A stretch of 64,000 nt of DNA from Octopus vulgaris. Lineage: Eukaryota. Shown in pieces: positions 52,151 to 64,000 of the stretch. How positions within the stretch are numbered: the stretch's first letter is position 1; the number at the start of each line of letters is the position of its first letter. Both the position numbers and the translations under genes were made by a program. The notes beneath the pieces were generated by a model. The model saw nothing but the letters and a program-made list of their open reading frames with translations. It was not told where the DNA came from and did not search any database. The stretch is from positions 37,138,001 through 37,202,000 of the forward strand of contig OX597817.1 of NCBI GenBank assembly GCA_951406725.2, read 5' to 3'.

Positions 52151-53689
52151 CAGGTGGAGGTAGTGAGGTTATAGAGCCTTGCTTCAGTTGAAAGCAAATA
52201 ATATAAATTTTGTCCTATTGTAAAAAAATATCGGCCTTAGAGAGATAAAAGCAGTTTACCTTGGCAGAATTTTAATACAGAATACGAAGTGCCTAAAGAA
52301 ATATTGAATTTTCTTCGACGCTCTAACAATTCTGCCAACCTACTTCCGAATGACATGTATGCCAATATCTTTTTTACACGCAGTATATTCTATTCCATTC
52401 TCATGTTCATAATTTAACTGCATGTAATGAATGTATTCAGCATAAACACATTTTTTTTTCCTTTTCAAGAAATGCAGTATCTTGCTTCTGGAGTTGATTC
52501 ATGCTAATTGTTAATTCATTAACAATAAATAAATACTGCTATCCACTAAAGACCTGTTTTGTATCGATTGCAATTATTTATTTCTCTATATTCTGGCATC
52601 TTTTGAGACAGTTTGAAAGGCAAAATTATATAGTACCACTAACCTCTAAACTGAGCCCCAAGACAAGTACATTAGAAGATTCATTTCTGCATTACAAAAC
52701 GTATTTCGATTTACAAGTTGTCCCAAAAATTTCAACCTGTTTTAGGAAAAGTTAGTAACTAATTGGTTTTAATTAATGGTTCTAATTTCATCCAATTACA
52801 ATTAAAAGCAATACCAAATCATAACAGTTTGAATAAATCACGAACCATGCTATAACTAGCAAAAATTATTATTATAAATTTCATCTTGTTTCTAGATTTC
52901 AATTACGTGAGATACAACATCTGCCAACGAGTGTGCTCTACATGAACGTTTGTCACGCTAAAATCTCCTTCATATCTCACCCACTCTCTTTAAATATCTC
53001 ATTCAGTTACACTGACTATAAAAGGAAGGACACAATGGACAACGTAGTGCCTTTCTATACAACATGCTGGGATGATCACGACTAGAAATTCGTTGATTAT
53101 ATTTTCTCAATCAGAAGCGATCTGGTAATCATCAACTCAGTAATTAATAAGGATATTATAATTGCAAAATTGAATTTGATTATAATTATAGTTTAACTTT
53201 GTTATATATATATATATATACATATATATATTCAGGGTTGCCCAAATGTCGTCTTACAGTAAATCAAAACCATTTAATTCCAAGATTTATTTATGTTTAA
53301 CAACTGAATGAATTTAATAAAAGCATCTAAATATGAAAGGTCACGAACCTTCTTCAAACTGAAGTGCTTCTTGAGCGACACATTTTTCCATTCGCGTCAA
53401 TACAGAATTACAGATATGATTTATGGAATTCTGATTTACAGTCGTGTGACTTTTGGCCAACTCTTTATGTATATATATATATATATGATAGATAAGCAAA
53501 AAAAAACTTTAGATTTCGCAGAGCATGGAATACAGACTTGATTCGTCCAATCTTCGCGACGGTTTGTTTTATTGGAATTGACACACTTATATTTACCTAA
53601 ATATTAAATTACTCCGAAGTCACATGAACAGTCTATGGTTAGAATAATTTTGACGTGAACACATATAGAACTAACTGGTCATTTTCTTA

Positions 53690-53850
53690 TTGTTTAGTCC
53701 CATGTCAATTCTGATAAAGCGCACATATGATCAAAAGTGTTCTGACCGCACCTCTTTCTTCCTTTATTCGTTGACTGTGTATTTAACACCGAACTGTCTA
53801 GTATGTCTGTCTTTCTTTAAGACAGTAGTTTCAGAAAAATTTGACAGCAA
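53690..53850 (-). repeat. Old dispersed repeat family C (representative copy)
   Basis: Diverged motifs (tttagccc..gtca..ctgat, tatgatcaaaag..gttc) are shared with about 4310-4490, 5455-5612, 32380-32500, 34010-34190, 46830-47030 and 47560-47725. Judged by eye. Confidence 0.45.
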
Positions 53851-53989
53851 CGACATTGAGGCTCCTTCTCTGCCGTATTGTTTATATGGTAATTATATTG
53901 TAGTATTCATGCATGAGATAGTGATATTATTATTATTTATTTGACTCAGGCTTGGTCTTATTCCTAGCAGGATTTATGAGGGTAGCGGG

Positions 53990-54350
53990 TTACTAGCAGT
54001 AACTTTAGGTATCCACAAGTTTCCAATAATCTTTCTAGTGCTTAGAATCTTCCTGATAATTTTCCCTGCCTCTAAGAGTCAAACTTTCTATAGAAGCTCT
54101 ACAGGATTATTCTATTCCAATCTCCTTCAACCATTTGTTCATATCTTTGCTTACAGTTCCCAATACACCGATTATTGTAGACACAACCTTTACACTTTTC
54201 CTACTCCAAATGCTTGCAATTTCAAATTTTTGTTTTCCCTCTTCTTCCATTACGATCCTGGAATAAAAGGATATGATGGATGAATTAGTAACGAACTTCG
54301 CTTTTCTTTGTCAAATCTATTATTTTGTGTCTAATTATTTTCTAATGCCT
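53990..54350 (-). mobile_element. R4/Dong-like LINE 3' fragment (decayed)
   Basis: Minus-strand IGVLGTVSKDMNKWLKEIG, matching the restriction-like endonuclease (RLE) C-terminal IGALG motif. Confidence 0.6.
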
Positions 54351-54424
54351 AATCTATTATTTTGTAGCTTCTTCTCCGTTTGAATAGGAAAGTTATTATT
54401 GTTGCTGTTGTTATTTTCATTATC

Positions 54425-55530
54425 ATCTTCAAATTCTGTTTCCATTTCTTGCCGTATGTCTTCATGACACTTGGGGCAGAGAAATGCACGGTATACATTG
54501 GTAGGCCATTAAAATAAATACCCCAGATTATTAATTTACAAAGTCATGTGATAGAGAAAAAGGGGAAGACAGAGAAAGGAAGGAAAACATTTTTAAAAAG
54601 TAAACAAAGAAAATAAAGGGGAAACAGGGAAAGAAAATCCAGTGACAATGCTCTTCTCAGTACGTGTGACGTACCAGTTAAGACAATATTTTGCACATCC
54701 TGCATGGATGGTAAGCCAGGGAGCATTCTGAAATAATTTTCAGTTCCTTCTTTTGATCAGTCTTACAATCGCTGGTATTGTAACAGTCGTGAGACGTCAC
54801 ATCTTTTCGATTTCGATTACCAAATCTTTATATTTTCTGAGCTTAATTTTTTTGCTGAGATATTATGATCACAGGGTATGCCCATGTCAATCAATAAATA
54901 GACTTTATTGTTTTGGTCTTTCAAACAATATCTAGTTTATTTACTTTGACGATCCTGTCTGTACACGCTGGAAAGTCCCAAAGAATCGCTACATTTTCTC
55001 CCTCAGTTACAGTCTCAGCAGTTTTGAGTTTATAATGCCGACACATTACCCAGTGTAGATATTGATTTGTACTCTACAGGTGCTAAAACCTTACACCTAG
55101 GGATTAGGTGGTCCACTATATCAATCCTATCGCTGCAGTATTGGCACTTTGGGTCAACACCATTCTTCATCACATTAGCTTGATAGTTCCGGGTCAATAA
55201 GCTCTGATCTTGAGCAGCCAAGATAAAGCCTTCACTCTCTGGCTTTAGCCCTGAGCTCCGTAGCCACTGATAGGTGTGCTTCTAGTCTATATCAGCTTGT
55301 TTGCGACGGGCCACATATTTGCCATGCAGACGATTTTGTTCCTTCCTATCAGCCAATTGTTCAAATGCATTTTGCTTTGCCATTGATTTCACCTTCTTTG
55401 CACTTACAGTCGGCGCACTTCCATCATGCTGTTCAGCCTGGATATTATGCATAAACTCACTTGAAAACTTTTGGCTCTCCTTCATAACAGAATGAAGTTT
55501 CTATCTTCGTGGTTTTCAACGAATTTAAGC
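54425..55530 (-). mobile_element. R4/Dong-like RLE non-LTR retrotransposon, 3' portion
   Basis: LHGKY, EGFILAAQDQSLLTRNYQ, KCQYC...DHL..RC zinc knuckle, ILWDF, KYKDL..EIEKM and VQNIVLTGTSHVLRRAL. Confidence 0.9.
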
Positions 55531-55642
55531 ATTCTGTCTCTATTATTGTTATTATTTTTTCCTTCTTTCTTCAAATTGTCTTCCATTTCTCGACGAGGGT
55601 TTTCTGTAAACTAAAATACGTAGTTAAAAAAATTACTAAATA

Positions 55643-55682
<40 letters not shown>

Positions 55683-57270
55683 GCTATTATTATTATTATT
55701 ATTATTATTGCTATTATTTCTTTGAGTATGGTAATATTTCATATGGTTTTATGGGAACTGTTTTTTTTATATCACTGTTGGCAACATAATTTAAGTTGAA
55801 TGTAGTTTTGTGGAGCAGTACTAACGATAATGTTGGTTTGTTGGTTAGTTGGTGCTAATAGTGATATTTATGATTACATGATAAATTGGTTAGTTGCATT
55901 TCTGACTCTAACTTTAATGTTTAATGTTGCATGATTAATTCACTTTAAAATGGTAATGCAGGATGTAATGGGCTTTATGATATTCTTGGTGGTTATAGAG
56001 TTTTATTATTGAAAGGAGTCATTATGGTAGTGTTATTGTTCATATTATTTAAAACAATATTATTGGTCATGTGTATTTATGGGAGAGTTATCGGTCATAT
56101 CGTTTATTCAAAGTTAATGATCTTGTTGTTTTGTGATGGTGCTTCTAGTCACATTTGTATTAATGATGACAGAATAAATTGATAATATTTCTATAGTTTA
56201 TGGTGACATTGTCAAATATTTAGGTGGAGGTGGATTCGTTGGTGGAGTGGTGATAAAGTGATGATGTTATTAATTTTGGATGTGTTCTTAATGATTTGGT
56301 CGATGTGATGGTGATGAGGATGTGAATCATCTTCATCAACGCCATTATTTTGATGTTGGTAATTAATTATGTCGATGCTGGACCGATTTATTAAGTTCAT
56401 AATTATATTATTAAATTTTATAGACGTTAGGTCTTTTTATCCTTTCGTGATTTATAAATTCATAATTGAAACTAATCTTAACTAATTCAGTAAAATTATT
56501 GTTTCCAAGCAAATCATTTAAGCAAAAATCAACACTTTGAAAATTAAACAATGTTCAAACACGTTATACGAGTGTTTAGCTTATGAAACCTCGGGCGATT
56601 CTAATCACACCGTAAATTAACCCTTAAAGTTATTCACACACACACACTTACACACACACACGCGCGCGCACATACACACACACATACACACAAACACACA
56701 CACACACACACACAGACACACACATATACATACGCACATTGAGTGACGCTGAAATGAAAATTAATTAATGGCAGATGCATGTTTACTTCAGAGAAAACTG
56801 CCGATTTGATTAAATATATATTCGTGAAATACAAGTCATATCTAAAACTTGTACAATTTTATACAGGAGATTAGAGGTTTTCTTTTTTGCTATTTTTGTT
56901 GCTTCTCGGTTATATCTGCTACTCTAGGTTACCGCTGTCACATTCATATCGTGTTCAGTAAAGTAAACATCCGGGTATTCATTTCTCATTGGCTTAACGT
57001 TGATATAAATAATTCGCAACTTTACTAGTTTTATCTATCTCGTAGTACAATGTAGGTAGGTATCGTTGTAAATATCCGTTAGACGTGCATACATTAAACA
57101 TGCAAATATTTCTTTAAACTTCCAGAAAATAGAATACGTACCAGCCCCCTTCATATTCTATAAACGATATAGTAATGCATCATGTATAAAATAAAATTAT
57201 CATCAAATATGTAAATTTATTAAATACTCTTTTATTAACATAATCTCTAGTAGAAATATTACGTGTTTAA

Positions 57271-57639
57271 GGCGGCGAGCGGGCAGAAACGTTAGCACGC
57301 CGGGGGAAAGGCTAAGCGGTATTTCGTCTGCCGTTACGTTCTGAGTTCAAATTCCCCCGAGGTCGATAAATTAAGTACCAGTTACGCACTGGGGTCGATC
57401 TAATCGGCTTAATCCGTTTGTCTGTCCATGTTTGTCCTCTCTGTGTTTAGCCCCTTGTGGGTCGTAAAGAAATAGGTATTCCGTCTGTCTTTACGTTTTG
57501 AATTGAAATTCCGCCGAGGTCGACTTTGCCTTTCATCCTTTAGGTATCGATAAAGTAAGTACCAGTTGCGTACTCGGATCCATCTAATCGACTGTTCCCT
57601 TCCCTCAAAATTTTGGGCCTTGTGCCTAGAGTAGCAAAG
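57271..57639 (+). mobile_element. SINE family A, internal dimer, 18-bp TSD
   Basis: TSD gaaat(a/g)ttacgtgtttaa at 57253-57270 and 57640-57657. The ggtatt..gtctg unit occurs twice. Confidence 0.92.
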
Positions 57640-58381
57640 GAAATGTTACGTGTTTAATATATTATAGCTGGTCTGTAGAGTAGCTTCGACTAGCGAAATG
57701 CACAACAAAATACGAAAAACTCCAACATCGCAGATCCCTTTACACAAGTGGACATGATCAGATATTCACCTCCAAATTTATCAGCATTTATGAAGCATTA
57801 GTAGATACGTTATTTTTTAGTTTCTCACTGATCTGTGTGCATCGCATGAATTAATCGTATAAGTTTCTTTCTAGCTGTTACATCACACATTTCTGAGAAT
57901 TTTATTTCATTTACATTTCCAATAATATTCAATAATGTTCCTATGATTCTTTCATGAATGAAACGTTTTGAGTTATAACGTGTTATTTCTATTCATTATA
58001 CTGATTTTGCTTTTTATACATTTAGTGTTTTTTATTTCTTTTACAGAATACATTTATAATCAAGCAAGTTAATCAATTGTGACTTTCAAATAAGTGACTA
58101 ATTGTCAAACCGTTCTACGGTTTTCTTAAGTTCTGGTAAGTATTACGAAATATTACCTCTATAAATTAGTTTTAATTAGTTACGATTTTTTAGTCATTTA
58201 TTATGTTTTCCTTTTGTTCATTTTTATCTTTGTTCACAAAATATGATGAATTTTCAGTACAAATAAAAAAAGTTTTTTAGTAATTTGACAATATTTCACA
58301 TTAACATACCGGAAGAACTTATGATAAAGAGGTTCTTTACTGGTTTCTATCTATCAGTGGATAGGTAGATAGATAAACACA

Positions 58382-58440
<59 letters not shown>

Positions 58441-58445
<5 letters not shown>

Positions 58446-58686
58446 GAAAATAAAAGAGTGAAAAAACTACAGAAGGCTTGTTTTATAAGGTTAAAGAATA
58501 TATTTAAGTCGTTATGTTAGAAGAATGTTATAAAATTTTAATCATGTTACTATATACAACTTTTATAACATTCTTCTAACATAACGACTTAAATATATTC
58601 TTTAACCTTATAAAAGAAGCCTTCTGTAGTTTTTTCACTCTTTTCTGTTTTCTATATATCCAACCACGTGCTTTCACACACCAACT

Positions 58687-58691
<5 letters not shown>
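58441..58691 (+). mobile_element. Fold-back element (~95-bp inverted arms plus tail) inside (TA)n
   Basis: 58441-58535 is nearly the perfect reverse complement of 58561-58657. No hammerhead core seen. Confidence 0.75.
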
Positions 58692-58738
<47 letters not shown>

Positions 58739-60233
58739 CATCTGTTTTGTTTTCTTTGGTAAATTAGTCTGGTAGGAACCACACCATCCAAGATTTAAGC
58801 CATTATGCAGCCAAATTTCTTATAAAAGATGTTCTCTCTTCCCACGATTTTGTTTATGGGGTCAATCGCTAGATGATAATTGACATACTAATTTGAGATG
58901 TTTTAAACTGAGCTATCGTAGAATATATTCTCGCCCTTTTCATACCTGTTTTTATCGTGGTTGTCATCTTGACCAGACTAATTTATTATTTAAAATCAAG
59001 TCATGACTGAAGGTAAGTTCTGAGATGGAATAGCCTCATTTATACTGCCAAAAGATATATTATGAATATCACCAGTTGTGAAACACGAACGCTTAGTCGT
59101 TGATGACTCAGTTTACATTCAGTTTTAATACATTATTGACACTGTTTTGTTTTCCTGTGTGTAAATCACTTAGCTCTATTCTTATGAACGCTTAGCATTT
59201 TTATTTTTAAACATTTTTGACATCATAATAGGACACTTATTAGCCTTGACAAATATAGCCAGCAATGTATAGCAAGAGACTTTCTTTATTAAAGCACCGT
59301 CACAAAATATTTCTTTCTCCTCTGGTAAGTGTGTGGCCAACATAATCTAATAAGTTCTCCGAGAAAATTGAGTGCAGGAATACTGTAATGTAGAAACTAT
59401 ATCCAGGGAGCCTGTAGAATTTCAGTTTTCTCCTTCCATCTACTGTTGAAATAAAATATCAGCCACGTACTGGACTTGATGTAACCGATTCTATCGTCTG
59501 CCTTCATGCGAAGCCCTATGTTCACATCAGAAATCGATATTATTAAAAGATAATAAACACTGAAATATTCTGCGTCTATTTCTCTGTGAATTTATAGAAT
59601 TGGTTGAGAGGATTAATTTTTTTGCCTCAATTAATCCTTCTTGGAATTGTATCCCAGACTGATTAGCTTTAATTCTTCATCAATTCTGAAAGCAGCTGCG
59701 TTGTTCATTGGGCACTTGGTGCCATTTTTCGGGAGGGCTAATAGACTGTTGTTTCATTTCAATATGCTTTGTCCGGAAAGCATGAACACTAGCTATTTGC
59801 ATGCATGTTTGCCACCATTTCCTGTCCCTCTTCATTTTTTTTTTGTATATTTTAATGAGATATACTACTATTTCTTGCACTCTCTACATTTAGGACATTT
59901 ATTTGTTTCCTCAATCTATTTGGCTCTCGCCCAGATTTATAATCTCCTCCATTTCTTTATATTGTTTCACAAATTTCAGTTTAATTGAAAAAGAAAGCCT
60001 TTGTAAAAGTGCTTCTTGGTAAAAGATTTATTCAGCCAAGAAACTTAAAGTAGAATGAGAAGGTAAACAAGAAAGAGATAAGTTTAATAGTGAGTACTAG
60101 CTCCTTAAACGCTGTCAGAGTGTCCAGTAGAAAAAACATTTACGGTCTTTTCACTCTAAAAAACAATTTATTGGCGTCAATAAAAGTTCACCTATATATA
60201 TATTTGAACTCTAAAAACCACAACACACATGTG

Positions 60234-60691
<458 letters not shown>

Positions 60692-61225
60692 TATATATAT
60701 ATATGTCTACTTGCCTATGTAACTCGCGCACATCATTTATATATGCATATTCTCATACGCAAATAATATGTACACGTGTTATACATGCAAATGTAACAAC
60801 AAATATATAAACAGATACATGCAGATAATACATATTCAGCCTTAGTATGTACTTATATATAATAATATGTACACGAAATATAGCTACCCGTGCTACTCAG
60901 GGAGAACTTTGTAAACGTGCACACAAATAAGCTTCCATATGATTAAATACGTATATCTTTTTGTTGTCTTGCACGTTAGATATTTGTGGCAAATATTAGA
61001 ACCGATAATGTGCATGAATACGCGTGTGCTTTACATAAATATTCGACTCATTTCACCATGTACTTGTTAACACATACGCTTGCCTATTTGCTATTATCTC
61101 TGAATCTGTCTTGTGTATCTATCTCTTTACCCATCTTTACCTATCTATGAATCTATGTATGTATCTATCTATCTATCTAAATATCTCTCTCTTTCTTTCT
61201 CTCCCTCTCTCTCTCACTCTCTCTC

Positions 61226-61278
<53 letters not shown>

Positions 61279-62229
61279 GTCTATCTACTTGCCTATGTAA
61301 CTGCCTAGCATTTTATCTGTCTATTTATCTATTTGTCAGTCTGTCTATCAATCTATCTATCTATGTATCTATCTATCTGTCTGTCTGTCTTCCTATCTGC
61401 TTATCTATAGCTGTCTGTCTCCATCATTTATCAATATATGTCAAAAGATATGAGTACGATATGCAGTTATACTTAAGCATTGTTAAATACGGAGACGCCG
61501 ACATGCGCTTGCAATATAATACTCACAAAAATTATTCATGGCGAATGCATATACATACATCTAATATTACAAATGAATAACTTCGAATGAATATAATAAT
61601 GACAGACGTAACCATCTTAAATGCGAGCGATGAATACTTGAAAACGTTGCTCTCCCGTTCTTTGTTAGCATCGATTATCAGCCACAGTCAGCGGAAAGAT
61701 TCGTACAAGGTGTCTAACATTAGTGTGATAAACAACTAGGTTAAAATATTTTGAAGACCAATTTAAATGAATAAATATAAGTACAAAAATATATCAAAAT
61801 CACGATAAAACATAAATAAGGCATCGGAACCCCTAGAATGTGTAATAAATATGTAGATTTACTGTGAAAATGAGGCTGCTTAACTGTTAGAACGAAATTA
61901 AATGGGTGACAAAAATGCAATAGAAAATAACATAAATATGAAAAAAAAAGTAATTGTACGAATAACGGATATATTTCAAAGATAACGATCGCAGATGAAA
62001 GAGTTTTTGTAAGACTGCACATAAAGGATAAAAGAATGATCAATGTTTCGGCACTTCAAAAATGTTTAGGATCACATGAAGCATCAAACAATATTGATAT
62101 AAACAGACTTAAATATGTATATTTAGATATTCATGCAAATAACCCTGAATATTAACGTCGATAAATGTTTCAGCACTTCAAAAATGTTTAGGATCACTGA
62201 AGCAAACACATGTAAGGTGTAGCAGTAGT

Positions 62230-62291
<62 letters not shown>

Positions 62292-63188
62292 TAGTAGTAG
62301 TAGAGTTTATGGGTAGTGTATATGCTTTTATGTGCAAAAGCGTGTACTCCTGTGTGTGTGTTTAAAGACTGGGTTCAAAATATATTTATTTCTTGCGTAA
62401 ATGCTAATATAAATGAATGTTTGTATGATATATGGTGCAAACACACACATACTCACATACGCAAGTATATACACATATATTACATTGCTTACGTTTGGGC
62501 TACCAAAGCCATTTTACGTAAATGACTTTATGAATTCTCACTAGCATTGTCCATGCTCTGCTTCTGTCTCAATTTGTGACCTGTAGTGATCTTCTCCCCC
62601 TTTTTCTTTTGTTCTCAGTTAAGTAGACAGATTTTCATCTTCACCAGTTACCTTAGTTTATTCATTTCATCATTTGAAGAATTAGGTAGCCTTTGGACTG
62701 AGACCGAGGAGCATGACTTAATCAATGCCGTCTACTCTTCATTATTTGTTTCATTTCTTTCACAAAATATCTAGGTTTGACACCCTATTTTCTTTCAAAG
62801 TCTCAAAGACAATTGCTTCTTATTTGATTGCTATGCCGTGACTGTAAGCCATAGTTTAAAGCATATCCCAGTTTAATTCCTGTATGAATGTCCAAGTTTA
62901 GTTCAAAGCATTTGAAATAGCATTGCTTTGTTTCAGTTCTGAAATGTTTCAGTCAATTTAGTTTCTTATTAACACCACGGTCTGTTACATCTGAGACATT
63001 TAGACTCGATATTTAATCACTTGTATCTCTAGTTCGTATCTATTCAATAACACATTCAAGCTATCAACTTCCCCAAAATTTATAATTTAGGTTTTGTTCA
63101 TGACTGGGTTAAATTCCACATATCTGCCTATTTCATCAAGCTTGTATACTGACCTTTACATGTTTGTTTCATTAATAGAAGATCAAAA

Positions 63189-63764
63189 AGGCGGCGAGCT
63201 GGTAGAAACGTTAGCACGCCGGGCGAATGCTTAGGGGTATTTCGTCTGCCGCTACGTTGTGAGTTCATATTACGCCGAGGTCAACTTTGCCTTTCATCCT
63301 TTCGGGATCGATTAAATAAGTAGCAGTTACGCACTGGGGTCGATATAATCGAATCAATCCGTTTTTCTGTCCTTGTTTGTCCTCTGTGTGTTTAGCCCCT
63401 TGTGGGTAGTAAAGAAATAGGTATTTCGTCTGCCGCTACGTTCTGAGTTCAAATTCCGCCGAGGTCGACTTTGCCTTTCATCCTTTCGGGGTCGATTAAA
63501 TAAGTATCTGTTACTCACTGGGGTCGATATAATCGACTTAATCCGTTTGTCTGTTCTTGTTTGTCCTCTCTGTGTTTAGCCCCTTGTGGGTAGTAAAGAA
63601 ATAGGTATTTCATGTCTTTACGTTCTGAATTCAAATTCCACCGAGGTCGAGTTTGCCCTTCATCTTTTCGGCGTCGAAAATTAAGTACCAATTGTGTACT
63701 GGGGTCAATCTAATCGACTGGCGCCTCCCAACAAATTTCGGGCTTTGTGCCTAGAGTGGGAAAG
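63189..63764 (+). mobile_element. SINE family A, internal trimer (~184-bp unit), 18-bp TSD
   Basis: ggtatttc unit starts at about 63236, 63420 and 63604. TSD attaatagaagatcaaaa (63171-63188) and attattagcagatcaaaa (63765-63782). Confidence 0.92.
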
Positions 63765-64000
63765 ATTATTAGCAGATCAAAATTCTTAGCTTACCTATGA
63801 AATACTTTTCCATAATTCCATTATACTTCTTATTCTTCTAAGTTGTTACATTTCGGATATAGTTTACATAGCTGCAAACAAGAGTTGAACATATTACTGC
63901 ATTCATAATTTGAATTTTATTTTCCACTCAAAATAATATCCATAAACAAGTGCAATATTTAGAAAAAATAAATAAAAGAATTGTTCAAAGCAAAACTATA

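Noticed and set aside
62042-62210. ~45-bp direct repeat about 120 bp apart; also a 19-bp repeat at 60706-60724 and 61284-61302
   Set aside because: Real but small local duplications with no identifiable element between them.

Overview
AT-rich, microsatellite-dense eukaryotic DNA with no supportable host protein-coding gene. It is probably intronic or intergenic; the tRNA-derived SINE repertoire resembles octopus (cephalopod) repeats, which is my recognition and not a database result. Most long ORFs in the track are microsatellite artefacts. The window holds three or more tRNA-derived SINE families, CR1-, RTE- and R4/Dong-like LINE relics, a Penelope-like element (PLE) fragment with a GIY-YIG endonuclease, a decayed Helitron PIF1 helicase missed by the ORF track, a mariner MITE, a tRNA-Gly-derived pseudogene, a 310-bp tandem repeat and a 50-bp minisatellite. 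The most interesting signal is a set of short non-coding, fold-back or terminally redundant elements, mostly lodged in (TA)n tracts. They belong to several unrelated sequence families but each carries a minimal type I hammerhead ribozyme fold (CUGANGA, stem II, GAAA, palindromic stem III, NUH, stem I). One family has a tRNA-like Pol III head, and another is a 397-nt unit with a 26-bp terminal repeat, as expected for a retrozyme or circular RNA intermediate. Every copy here has at least one core lesion, so activity is unproven.
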